Assembly: GCA_030704615.1 (NCBI GenBank)
Contig: CM060734.1
Location: 32,736,001 to 32,800,000, forward strand
Length of the DNA: 64,000 nt
DNA from: Takakia lepidozioides
Taxonomy: Eukaryota; Plantae; Bryophyta
Direction of reading: 5' to 3'
The position numbers were made by a program, and so were the translations under genes. A model generated the notes under the pieces. It was not told where the DNA came from and searched no databases. It saw nothing but the letters and a program-made list of their open reading frames with translations. Below, in pieces: positions 38,691 through 50,338 of the stretch (positions are counted from its first letter, which is position 1; each line of letters opens with the position of its first letter).

Positions 38691-40064
38691 TCGTGATTCT
38701 TAGTTACAAGCCTATATACTCAAACCTGTAGACTCAAACTCAAATGATGTATCTGAAAGCTCCCAGGGACTTAGAAGGAAGAGGGCAGGCTTCTTACAAC
38801 AGATTAGCAAAGTTGCAAAGACTACTAAAGTCATCTAGATTGCATATGACCTGTGCCAATTCTGTTTATTTGAGGTTAGAATACATAATCAGCATCAAAA
38901 CAAAACCTGTTGTATTCTTGGCCTGGAGCTCCATGGTGTAATCATCACCTCGTTGTGCTTGACGTGCAGCTAGCTCTGATTTCACCCATAAGGAGGGTTC
39001 GACCAATTCTCAATCCAAAGGACCTCCTTTGTGTGGTTATGTCGGCAATCTGGAGTTCTCTGTGCAAACCACGATGTGGCAGCTGAACAACCATATAGCA
39101 TCAATGAAAGCCTTGCAAAGACCAGGGTACAACCACCAAAGAATAACAACCTACTGATACCAACAGTTGGTTGCATTTCGAAAACAAAGAGGGATGTTAA
39201 GCAAATGGAGAGACATTCCACACAACATCAGCATGCCAAATTTACAAGCCCTCCTTGGCAAACTCTTCCATGTCCTGGATGAAAAAAGCCTTACCTTGTC
39301 TGACCACTGCAAAGGATCTGAGAAAAACCCATGCAAAGCTGTTCTATGCTCATTGCTTGGCCTGCATGCCAGAACTTGATAAGAAATGATAGCTTCGCCA
39401 GATTCTGATTGGGGCAGTCTCTCTTGTGCGAGTGTATCTTCAGGGACCATTTCAGCATCTCTTTCTATTCCTCATACCCACAGCAAAAATAAAACAAGGG
39501 TTTAGGGGAAGATTTTGAAGGAGTTTGAATTGGGAAACTACCAAGCTAGATTAATTGTCGCTCATATTGACATTCCTCTTATGGAGCTCCATGTTCACAC
39601 CAAAATGATAGCCATACAATGACATCCATCCATGATGACATTTTGCTCAAAATGGAGTCAAGGTAGCTAGCTCTGCAAGCAGCATTTAACTGACTTCCAA
39701 TTCAAAGCACTTTTTTTGTATACTGTCTGGTAATCTTGAGTTTTTCATGAAAAGCACCGCACTGCAAATGGGCAGCAATAGCTTTAACTACCACCTTGTA
39801 CAGACCTGGCTATAACCACAGAAACTCTACAAGCAAGAGTCTGCAACAAAACAACTTCAAGCTACTGTGGATTCACAAAAATCATCTGACAAAAAACCCA
39901 GACACCGATCATCAATTCTCACTGAGTGAAGTAATTGAAACCATTGTCCACATTTTAGCTTCATCCCTGCTTTGTAAAACAAGGGATTAACATGCTTTTG
40001 TTCTACGACCGATGAATGCTTTGGGTAACAATTAAGATAGCCTCACCTTATCAGACCTGTTGTT

Positions 40065-40714
40065 AAATCGCCTCCTCCACGAGGAGCACATGCTGGTTGT
40101 TATGCGGGTGAGAGGATGGTCGTGATCTATGGAGGCATTGGGGCAGATGGGGTGCGACTAGGGGATACATGGTTGCTGGATTTGGAGGAAAGCTGTCCAT
40201 CTTGGCATGAAGTGGTCACCCCTGAGAAGTGTTGAATGATGTGTGGTTGCTAGATCTGGAAGGAGATATGCCATTGTGGCTTGAGCTGCGGGCCTCTGAG
40301 CTTCAGCCTCTACATGACTGTCCAGCTCCTCGGGCAGGCCATTCAGCGACCCTTATTTTCGGTGGTAGAATTCTGATATTTGGAGGGGAGGATGCACGAA
40401 GGCATAGCAAGGGAGATGTTTGGATTCTCGATCCCAGTGCAGGGGTGCTGGTTGGCAGACCTTCATCCTGTATTTTGAGCTTTCCTCAGAAAGCAGCAGA
40501 GCTCAAGGCAAACAAATCAGCCCAGAAATTCTGGAAGAAACTCAAGCAATGGGGACAACCCCCCAGTAAGAGGTCTTTCCATGGAGCTTGTGCTCTGGAC
40601 TCCGGGAATTCCCTTCTCATCTTCGGGTGTATGGTGGATGGGGAACTAATGCCAGCAGGTACCACTGGGTTGGGATTTGATGCAGGGCTTCACATGTTGC
40701 AATTAGTGCCCTGA
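40065..40714 (+). pseudogene. F-box/kelch-repeat gene fragment (At1g51550-like C-terminal half) with internal deletion
   Basis: PPPRGAHAGC..GGIGADGVRLGDTW, then a jump with frameshift to VLNDVWLLD..PRAGHSATLIFGGRILIFGGED..RSFHGAC; no 5' half visible. Confidence 0.8.
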
Positions 40715-42623
40715 CTCTTTCAAGTGCTTCTCTGTACAAAGTGGTTTTACTTCTGGGAAATCATACGTCCCCAGCATCGTACTTTCCAGGACTTGGACCT
40801 AATCCGCAGAATAGTCTTATGAAGGATGGGTTAGGGTTCTAGTAAATGTTATAGGAAGTGGAGGGAAAGGGATGAAAAGTTCTGTGGGTTTTTGGCCCCT
40901 GCAAGAATGAGAAAAGCCCTACTCTTCCCATATACCCAGTATGAGGTGTGGTACCACTCCCTCTTTTGACAGGTCTGCCGTCCTTTCTATTCATTTGAAG
41001 TTTTAAATTGAGGAGAGAGGAGGGAGGAGACAGGAATGCCACAGAAGCCAGACTTTGAAGGCCTTTGCAGTGCACAATATTGTCTATTTTCCCGCATCAT
41101 GGGATGAGCAACTTTTACTTGTGAGCTAGGGGGATCACATTAGATGCACCATTGCAGTCACTACCAGTTAGAAATACCACCTTTTCCTCTTGGGCACTGA
41201 TGGGAATCAAGAGCATCATCAAACAAAAGCTGACTCTGGCAATGGATCTTTTCCTTCACTTTTTGAATCTGAATTGTGCTTTTCGTACATATATTGCATT
41301 GGCCATTGAGGTGTTAATTGATGGTGAAAGAACCTGATGTGCAGACTATGTTCTGGTTGGTCTCTCCCTGTACTTCGCCTTGATACTGCTTCTGTGCTGA
41401 AAGTGGGAGACCAACTGTGCTGAGACTCAGCTTTCCTAACGTATGAAAGGGTTTAGGCAACACTAGAGAGAGTGGATGCACCAAGCGATGATGATGGCTC
41501 AAGTGCCAGTGTTAGTGGCCGAGTGCAGCACATCAAGAGGCATTGCAAGGAGCATTGGATAACCGAGTTGAAGGTCAGAATCATTCTACCAATATTCTTG
41601 GTGACGGTGGCTCCGCTCTTGGGGCCGGAGGCCAACTGTGAGCTTTGCTGGACTGGCAGGTGTTGTACAAAAGCTGGATCCTCAAGCTAGTTTGAACAAG
41701 AGTTGAAACAGTTGAAAACACATCAACATCTTAGACAAGTAAACCGGGCAGCATCCAAGAGTTTGGAAATGGCAGATGGGAAGGCTGGTGTTTTGCCATA
41801 TGGCACATCCAAGAAACCGAAAGCTGCCATGAGAAGATGTGCCAGATTCTCCAAATCAAATTAATATCTGTCGAGGTATGTTGACTATTTCTGCTAAGAT
41901 TGCACACAACGTATCAAAGGATAAAAGGTTTATTGCAGGAGAAATTGCATTGATGGAGGATCTGCGGGCACTGGAGCTTAAGATATACCTTTATTTTTCT
42001 ATTCAGAGGCAAAGTGTGAAGCATGAAGTAGTAGAGAAACCAGAAGCAAGGTCAAATTACTGCAGTACTAGTATGGTTACTGCTGCAAACAGCATTTGCC
42101 AACAGCAAGTCATGGCTCGAGAGTGATGATCCCGCAACTCAGGGTGCTTGTCATCGTCGGAAAACTGTCCATAATTCAAGTTTTTCTAGTGCTGGGCCGG
42201 CAGTAGATTTGCAATGGTATATTGCTGAAAGAACTCCAGCCCACATTGACATCAAAACAATAAAACATTATTCTTCAAACATATAACCAGTGTAAAGAAC
42301 GCCGGTAGTTTTACTTTTTGGCATATCAAACTTTGCAAGTATGCGAGAAGATTTGACCGAAAATTGACCCGTCCACAAGATGTTACACCTGAAGTATGGC
42401 ATTCACCTTTGAAAGGGGACGATAGCTTATTTGCGCTAACTTGTGTTGAAATCATCTCTCTCTAATATCGATGCAAGTAAGGCCTCTGCAGATAACCCTT
42501 CACACATGCATTTACACTGGTACCAGCCAGAGTTAACATGGATAAGAAGAGCCTTCTCCCCTTGTGGATTCTGCCCCTTTCCAGCCCGTCCACATCCTTC
42601 ACACATTCTACTAACATGCTCTA

Positions 42624-42909
42624 CAGTGTTTTTATTTCTGGCGAAATTTCGCACTTTTTCGACCTCAAAAATCAAAATCGAATATTCTGTCGTAAATTCC
42701 CTATTTTCTCATGGATGAAATCGCCAAAATTCTCAAAACAAAATATAAATCTTGGATGAAATCGCCAAATATGGATGATATACATGGATGACAGTACAGA
42801 GGAGGATGATTCTGTCCAAATTTCAGTGGATGAGTAAAAAATATGGCTATTTCCTGCAAAACTCAGTAGCCACTCCTGTTCTTTTCCAAATTTGAAAAAA
42901 AAAACACTG
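42624..42909. mobile_element. hAT-type MITE (286 bp)
   Basis: TIR CAGTGTTTTT...AAAAACACTG; perfect 8-bp TSD ATGCTCTA at 42616-42623 and 42910-42917. Confidence 0.92.
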
Positions 42910-44260
42910 ATGCTCTATATTTTGCTCCGACCACTTTTCGTTCACGTTTGGCGAGTCAAATTGAAGTGCAAGTAGACATTCCACTTCTGAAATTGAAGGT
43001 CACATGAAGATGGAATTTGAGTGATGTAATATACGGGGCCCACCGCCCATCCCAAGCCCCTAAAAAAAAAACGTCCACTCCTACTCCTACGCTAGCGCAT
43101 CCGGTGGCCCCCTCTTTTAACTCTGAACTACGCTAATTCCTGGACCACTCTTGAATTAACCGGGCCCAAATGAAACTGCTTTACATATTTATTCACACGA
43201 ATTGTTAAATTCCAGCCAACAAGGCAATTTATGGCATTGACTTACGCATCAAACAGACAATTATTCTCAAACCGTGGATATCATTTTCTGAAAGGCCAAC
43301 CATTTGTCATTAGTGAGGAAGCAAATAAACCAATCCAAAGCTAGATCACAAATTCTAGCGACAACCGAAGGTCCCTAGTTTAGAGTAGAGCAGATATAGG
43401 GTGTCATGGCCAGGGCAGGCCCTTGTCCAAACTTCTTATGCAACAAATTAATTTTGTTGTTCCTTGATGTATAGGTGATGCTAGATGTGGACTAACTCTA
43501 GTGGCTCATGCCACAACCTCATGGTTGTTTCTGCACAAAGAGAGACAAAGCTTGAGCTCATTTTGAGATGTTTGGAAATCATCTCATATCTCGTAGAGGC
43601 TTCTAACTGTAGGATATCTAGAAACAAGTTTACTCAAGTTATGGTCTAGTTTTGCTAGAACATATACCGTACCAAAAACAAATTAGGGCATGTGTATAAT
43701 AAAATATTAAAATGTGCTTTAAATAAAGACAAAATAAATTATAAATGCCGGAACAAATATGCATTAATTGAAAAACAACAGAGCTTTTCCATTAAATCGT
43801 TATATCAAATTAATCCAAATAGTTTGAAATCTAGACCAATCGAAAATAAAGATTAAAAAAAAAGATATCACATAAACAACATTCATAATCCAAATCTACT
43901 TGTTGTATCAAAACTAGGCCCATTTTGTCTTCTGAGGGATATTTTTGATAGATCTTTTCCAAATTCTCATGTTACATCTCGTTACAGGGCAATGTCCCCT
44001 TACTCAACCTCCATGGTCATGTGCGGTTGTCATGTGCGGTTATTTTTCCCTCATCAATATATTTTGCTCTATCTCAGCTCTTTTATTTATTTTTTAAAAT
44101 GAACCAAGGACTCAACACTTGGCCTCTCTCTACAGTCAAACCTGGATAATTGTTATGCTCCAAGAGTAGGAACTCTATAACAATTAGGCAGTTATATCAA
44201 ATAACAGTAAAACAGGTTGAAATTCATAACGTAACTCCTTCAGATGCAAGATAACATTTA

Positions 44261-44998
44261 GGCCCGGTTTATACGAGGGCTTGGGCCCAAGAAATCATGG
44301 GCCCACGACTAGAGCTTTTGGGCCCACAACTGGGCTGAATGAACTGAATAAAATATAATTTTCAAGGAATTGGGCCCTCTCCGTGTAAACCTATTGGGCC
44401 CAAGCCTAAGGCCCAACCTACACTATATCAGGCACTCTCCCGCCCCCTCCACTGTCTATCCTCTTCGCTTCACGATGTCTCCCATCAAATCTTGAATCCG
44501 TGAACCATGGAAACAAGAAGTAATAATATTCCGATGGCCTTGGTCCTCCCTTAAGCACATGATTACAACCATTTTTGGCATTGCAACAACTTAGTATAAA
44601 TGATTGCAATATGCTAGATTGTTGATGATTTCATCATGAAAAGAGAAGGTCCAAGAGATAGAGAGGGCTGATGATTCTCCATGGCCGTCGAGAGTCTCTA
44701 CATGCGTCAAACCCCATCTGTGACCTTTCCCATCCTACGGCTGTGATATTCTTAAACAAATATATTTTAATGTTAGGTTTCTTGGGCCCAAGGGAAAGAG
44801 TTGGGTCTCCATCCCAAGAGTGTTCATTTTCTGGGGCTGGGCCCAAGAATTTGGCGCCATAAATCGTGCCATCTAGGCAGCCATGTCATTTTCTTGGTCT
44901 TGGGCCCGGACCCTCATGTAAACCGCTTGGGCTCTTAACCAATACAATTTCTTGTTTCTAGCTTGGTCTTGGGCCCGGTCCCTCGTGCAAATCGGCCC
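44261..44998. mobile_element. PIF/Harbinger (Tourist-like) MITE (738 bp)
   Basis: ~30-bp imperfect TIR (GGCCCGGTTTATACGAGGG / CCCTCGTGCAAATCGGCCC), TTA on both sides, subterminal GGGCCC repeats. Confidence 0.8.
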
Positions 44999-45170
44999 TT
45001 AGAGAGATAGGGCAGAAAATATGACGTAATATCTCTCTGCCGGCAGTTTGTCTGCTTAGATACAATTCATTCTTCATGGATAAACACTTTGATAGAGCAC
45101 TTTGAAACATTTTGGTCTCACGGCAAAATCTAGACCAATGTGGAACCTTTAATCTACAAACACATCTTCT

Positions 45171-45668
45171 TGTTGGATTCTCGATCCATCTTATAACAAG
45201 ACATTGCCAACACGTACAATGGTAGCACCAATGCTTCCTCTATTCTTCATACATATGCTCATAGTATCTCAATAGCACTGAAGGTGTCAAAACATAGTTG
45301 TCGTGCACCTAAGCATCGTGCCACAACATACATCGTTGTCCACCATACATATTAAGCACACAATCCTAGAAAGCTATGCCACAATGATAATGGAAGTGAA
45401 CACACAATGGAAACACTCCACTCATGAATCCACTCAATCACATAAACTAAGTCAAGCTAATGGCACCTTTGCTAAAGAAATCCACCCTACAAAGCCCTCA
45501 CCACACTCCCTCTCAATACCTAGAGCTATGGAGGTGGGAGAGGCTCATGGAGGCTCAACTACAAGAAGATGAGCCCTCCTCAACACTCCCAAGGGCAAAA
45601 CCCATCCCCATGTCCCAAGTGAGGTTTGACACCTCACTTGGCATGTGAGACCAAATGAAGTCTCAACA
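45171..45668. mobile_element. Possible solo LTR
   Basis: Starts TGTTGGA and ends TCTCAACA; no matching TSD. Confidence 0.3.
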
Positions 45669-47681
45669 CACAAAATACAAATATAAATATCCAAAATGTC
45701 ATAGTTAATTAGAAGTAGATTATTCTAGTTAACCATGATTAAAACCATGACATAGTGCTTAACCTACTGTTCTCTGTTCCCGTAAACATTCGCAATATCC
45801 TACGAGGAGGTTCCCGAGTTACTTGGAGGCCCTCCCAAACCCTAACAAGCAGCGATTATTCCCCTGGCCATTTCAATAGTCCAAATGCCCATCTCAATAT
45901 TGAGATGGCCATTTTATATATTTTTTTATAGGAAACCTGGGAGCGACAGCCCGCAATTCAGGCCCCTTGAGGAGGGGGAATAATGCCATTTCAATAATTC
46001 AAATGCCCACTTCAATAGTGAATTTGAATTCTTCGTTGCCCGAAGGCGGCCATAAGGCTTGACACGCGGTAGACCGTGTTGGATAACTCCCGAACAGTAA
46101 CTAGAAACAAAGACACCATAACGGGCAAATAAATGGACACCATGTGGACTGGGATACGGCAGCCTCCCTGAGGACGAATTAACCAAAGCTGAAAATAACA
46201 GGGCATGGGTTCAACCACTAGGCTACAACTAGTCAGTCATTAGGCTGCCACTATGCTGCCCACTATGGCAGTCACTAGTCCACACAATTGCCCCCCTAGC
46301 TGGTGCTTAGGTCCCTCTAAGTCCAGGTAGCCACAAGATGTGATAGTGACCATAGCCTCACTATGTCCTCCACCACAATCCCTACTACACTCAAACTCGA
46401 TAGATCAAGAGGCCAGGTCCCATCGTTAGTCGCTGTGTTGCAACCTGTGAACTTGAGCTTGGGATCTTAGAAGAAAAGGGGAGAAGACGAGGTGGAAGTA
46501 AGAAGAAGGAGAAGTGGGGATAGAATCGAACAGAACGGAACAAGGGACGGAACGGAGCGGTGCCTGTGAGGCGAGGGATGCAAGGTAGCAGGGATTAAGG
46601 GGAGAAGAGAGGCCTAGAGGAGTGGTGGTGGAGAAGTGGAGAGAAGCTTCGGATAGGATCAAAATAAAGAGAAGGGGCAACAGAATCATCTATGGAAGCG
46701 GAGACTGGCTGCTGAGCCGGGCCTGCCATGCTTCCACTTAACATCTGTCCTCTCAAATTCCGGTGAAGCCCAAGAGGTTCCGTCGGTGCCCCTGCCAGCC
46801 GAAGGGGATGCTGTCCGCCCATAAACAGGTGAGATCAGTAGCACAGCTACAAACGATCCTGTGCTTGGCCCATGTTGATCGGAAGGTATGGAGCAGGGCG
46901 GCCTATCTCTCTGGTTTCTTGACGGCAGCTGCACAAAGCAAAGCCCAAGCCTTTTTAGCAGCCACAGTAAGATCAAAGAAAAACCAAGGTGAGTATGGCT
47001 GTAGCAGAGGCATTCTCGCTATGTAGGGTCCATGCACCCATAGATTCGAGAGAACTGAAGATCTAAGAGACTCAAATACAGGGCAGTCAGTTGCCTTGGT
47101 TTTCCCCCGTTGATTATGATTGAGGAGGACTGCAAGAGGGCCGAAAGGCAAGTGATCCCATGCCGTGGAAATCTTGAACAAGAGGCTAGATGGTTCGTGG
47201 AGCAAGACAGTGGAGCAAACAGTGCGCAAGATGCAGTTGTTTGGATGGAACAATACTGGCATAAGAGAACTTCCGGGAAATTTAAAAACAGGCCCAGCTT
47301 AAGGACTGTTGGCCAACTGCCAGAGAAAGGTACTCATCTTAATTAATGGCTTTATCCAATATTAAAGATCAGAAGCCTTCCCAATTTTTCTTTGAAATTT
47401 TGGCGACTCCACTTTTCTTCCCATTTGGTGGAGTGGGGTTGCCCCCAAGAAGTGCTCTGTAGCCTCTCTTGGCTGAGTAAACGAAGAGGGGGTGGAACTT
47501 ATTTTTACAGAGTAAGAAAACCATAACATTTGGGGATGTTTATCCAGGTATCCAGGTTTGTCTAGTGAGTCGATAAATGTTCATCTTTCATAAAACTTGC
47601 ATATAGTAGTCCATCCATCTGGAAATTGTGAATCAACGAGGAGTCCTTGTCTAATTTTATCCAAAAAACAAACTTTACAAC

Positions 47682-47755
47682 GGGAGTGATAGCCTAGTGG
47701 TAGCGGGCTAAATGTGCCTTGCGGTCTCATTCAGTTTGATTCTTGACCGACTCAC
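47682..47755 (+). other. tRNA-like relic (SINE head or tRNA pseudogene)
   Basis: A-box-like TAGCCTAGTGG and B-box-like GTTTGATTC at tRNA-like spacing; the cloverleaf is not intact. Confidence 0.3.
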
Positions 47756-48094
47756 AAACGCTACGGTTCTGCATTCATTCACCGTGGCACTGCCTACAAT
47801 TATTTTCTGAAATCTAGTCGGCTAAAATATCAGATGGCCGGTGGCTTGCATCATGTTGATGCTTATGTACATATACCATGTGGGCAAGCTGCCCCTGGTT
47901 AGATTTAGCTCACAAGACGAGGGCTAAGCAGAGTGTAGTCCAAGTCCGTATGTCAATTTTGACTATCTCACTCGAGCAGCAATACAGATGCTCCATTTGC
48001 GCTGTCAAAACTCTAGTTGCAAGGTATTCATTCCACATAGCTTACAGAAAGGAAACTGTGTGCACCACAATCAGTGATTAGCTCACCATCCGAG

Positions 48095-49863
48095 CTAGTA
48101 ATTGTGAGGAGGACCTTGGGTCAAAAGCAATCCAAACCGCTTCTTGCAGATAACTCGATGCTTTGAGAATTTGTCATCTGGCGAGAAGCGTGCTGCAAAT
48201 TCCCCACCCAACTAGAGTCTATATTCGTGTAGAAATTGACAACATCTCTCAGTATGTAACAAGGCTGCTGTGATCTGGAAGTTTTACATCATAACTGGTA
48301 GATCAAATTCTAGAATGCAATGCATTCTTGACATAATTCGGATGTGCTTAGCTGTAAAACACTCGCTCAGCATATAAACTGCATAAAGCCCACATTCACT
48401 ACATAGGACGAATCACAGTCGGTAATACCTGGGTGAGCTGATTGAGTGGGCACCTCAGTAGGCGACTCTTTCTGTGAACAACATCGCCAATAAATTAGAA
48501 AACAAGAAAAACACGGGACATAATGTAGGAGAACTAGAAACATTTGCAAGGCAAACTGAAACATACTAACCAGCACAATTGTTAACAAATATAGGTTGCA
48601 TGGTCTGTCCCAAAGGGTCAAGGCAACGACGTCGCTCCCTAGGGCAATGGAATATGCAACCCCGCTGCAAGGAGTCCTTTCTTCCACACCAGAAGTTTGG
48701 AAGAGAGACCTCAACAGGCAGCTGTCTATCTCTGACGTTCACAAAGGATTCTACAGCTTTGATGCTCACGTAAGTGAGCCCTGCTGCTCCATGTTGTGTA
48801 GGCAGAATTCCGCCAAGAATGCTGCCTTCGCCATCTCCTGTATCGAAACAAAACTTGTAGCCGCTAACTTCTCCCCTCCACTATTCAGGGCACCTAGTAA
48901 AACTGAACGGAAATATAGGTTGCATGGTCTGTCCCAAAGGGTCAAGGCAACAACGTCGCTCCCCAGAGCAATCGAATATGCAACCCCGCTACAAGGAGAT
49001 CTTCATGTCCCACCAGAAGTGAAAAGAGAAGACCTCAACAGGAAGCTGTTCATCTGCGACGTTCACAAAGGCTTCTACAGCTCTGAATGCTGACGTAAAT
49101 AAGCCATGCTGCTCCATGTTGTGAAGGTAGCACTCCGCCAAGAGTACTAACCTTCGTCATTCTGAACACCCAACAAATACGTGGCCGCTGCTGCTGCTCC
49201 AACGACCCCCTAACTCGACACCGTACAGTGCTAATCTACATCGTTAAGTAGAAAAACTGGACGAGAATATAGGTTGCATGGTCTGTCCCAAAGGGTCAAA
49301 GCAACGACGTCGCTCCCCAGGGCAATGGAATATGCAACCCCGCTTCAAGGAGGCCCTCTTTTTCTCCACCAGAAGTGGGAAAAAGAGCGCCATCAACAGG
49401 AAGCCGTCAATCTGCGACGTTCACAAAGGATTCTACAGCTTTGACTGCTCACAAAGGGTGAGCTTTGCTGCTCCGTGTTGTGTAGGTAGCATCCCGCCAA
49501 GAATGCTAACCTCCGTCACCATCGACATCTGAACAAATACATTCAAAAACTCCTGACTTGCACCAAATCCACTCCAATATGACTTTGAACAATTTGACGA
49601 CAGATACAGGATGCACGGTCTGTCTCAACTGGTCAAAGAAACGATATCACACCCAAGGCGGTGAAACATGTAACCCCGATACTACAAGGCCTTGTCATAG
49701 CCAGCAACAGTGCAGAAGAGAGCTATCAGCTGGCACCCGCCCATCTACGACTTGACAACAAGTGTTAGAGCTCTGAAGGCGAGCGCAAGAGGATCCAGAC
49801 GGCACGCACCTTCAACGTGTACACCTTGTCACCATTATCGTTGGTGTAACACATGAGAAACAT
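48095..49863 (-). CDS. NOP10: H/ACA ribonucleoprotein subunit 3 (NOP10), 3 exons, 64 aa; missed by the ORF track
   Basis: Exons 49810-49863 ([18 protein letters not shown]), 48429-48471 ([14 protein letters not shown]+G), 48095-48192 ([32 protein letters not shown]). Canonical GT-AG sites, matching phases, NOP10 signature [12 protein letters not shown]. Confidence 0.97.
48587..48835 (-). ncRNA. Intronic snR30/U17-like H/ACA snoRNA, copy A
   Basis: 3' hairpin with basal stem GGUUGCAU/AUGCAACC; m1 AUAUUCCAU (48647-48655); m2 AGACCAU (48600-48606) exactly 7 nt before an AUA (ACA-variant) box followed by UUU. Confidence 0.8.
48911..49161 (-). ncRNA. Intronic snR30/U17-like H/ACA snoRNA, copy B (m1 variant AUAUUCGAU)
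   Basis: Same architecture; canonical H box AGAUGA after the 5' domain; m2 at 48924-48930, m1 at 48971-48979. Confidence 0.75.
49265..49520 (-). ncRNA. Intronic snR30/U17-like H/ACA snoRNA, copy C
   Basis: m1 AUAUUCCAU at 49325-49333, m2 AGACCAU at 49278-49284, AUA box; stem changes relative to copies A and B preserve pairing. Confidence 0.8.
49602..49790 (-). pseudogene. Degenerate fourth snR30/U17-like copy
   Basis: Alignable to copies A-C, but m1=AUGUUUCAC, m2=AGACCGU, terminal box GUA, and the 5' domain is eroded next to the NOP10 exon-1 donor. Confidence 0.65.
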
Positions 49864-49899
49864 GGTTGCAAGCGCCGCCAACACAACAAGAGTCGCTCT

Positions 49900-49995
49900 G
49901 ATCTCTCTCTCTCTCTCTCTGGCAGGCGGAGGCAGGCGGGTCTTATGTAGATGGTCCAGAAGAGCCTCCTGCCGCCGCTGTCAAGGTTTAGGGCT
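49900..49995 (-). promoter_or_regulatory. NOP10 promoter/leader: telo-box-like motif, TATA-like element, (GA)n
   Basis: CCCTAAACC at ~49985-49993, TACATAA at ~49943-49949, (GA)n at 49902-49920, all on the minus strand. Confidence 0.5.
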
Positions 49996-50338
49996 CCGCG
50001 AGGGGATGGATGAACCATGGACGAATGTCCAGCAACTTGCGAGCTTACATAGTACATTGGTATTTCGTTATTTATTATTAAGCGTAGTCTTCTCCTTTAT
50101 TCTTAAATTTTTCATTTACTGGAAATCCCAAGTTACTTCTACCATAAGAGTCCCGCTTGTGCGGACAAGTAATAGGGACTTACTACATAGAGTGCAAGGA
50201 CAGCAGTTAGAGATCATTCACTGCTTATGGCTCACCATGGGGCCTGGGCTGCATACATTTGTTCATCTGAAGGAATTTCATGGTGTTTTCAAGAGCCCAT
50301 TGTTGTTCATTTTTATCAATGTATACTGCTGATTAATG

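Noticed and set aside
38960-39450. Possible gene fragments on the minus strand
   Set aside because: I could not assign them to any family without a database search.
44131-44215. Tc1/mariner-like TIR TACAGTCAAACC
   Set aside because: No convincing partner TIR or TA TSD found.
47400-47445. TGGCGACTCCAC as a tRNA-Arg PBS or Helitron hairpin
   Set aside because: No LTR end before it, no gag after it and no CTRR terminus; the 45800-47480 region remains unexplained.
48361-48490. Possible box C/D snoRNA (CGAUGU...CUGA) downstream of the array
   Set aside because: The region is NOP10 exon 2 plus intron; the C box and terminal stem are imperfect and there is no convincing rRNA guide.
48596-49093. 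165-aa plus-strand ORF with an internal repeat
   Set aside because: Antisense read-through of snoRNA copies A and B; the frame is not kept in copy C and conservation follows RNA stems rather than codons.
48587-49790. CRISPR-like array, satellite or telomerase RNA interpretation of the repeats
   Set aside because: Units are about 250 nt and structured, there are no cas genes and no CUAAACCCU template, and the m1/m2 motifs and NOP10 host explain them better.
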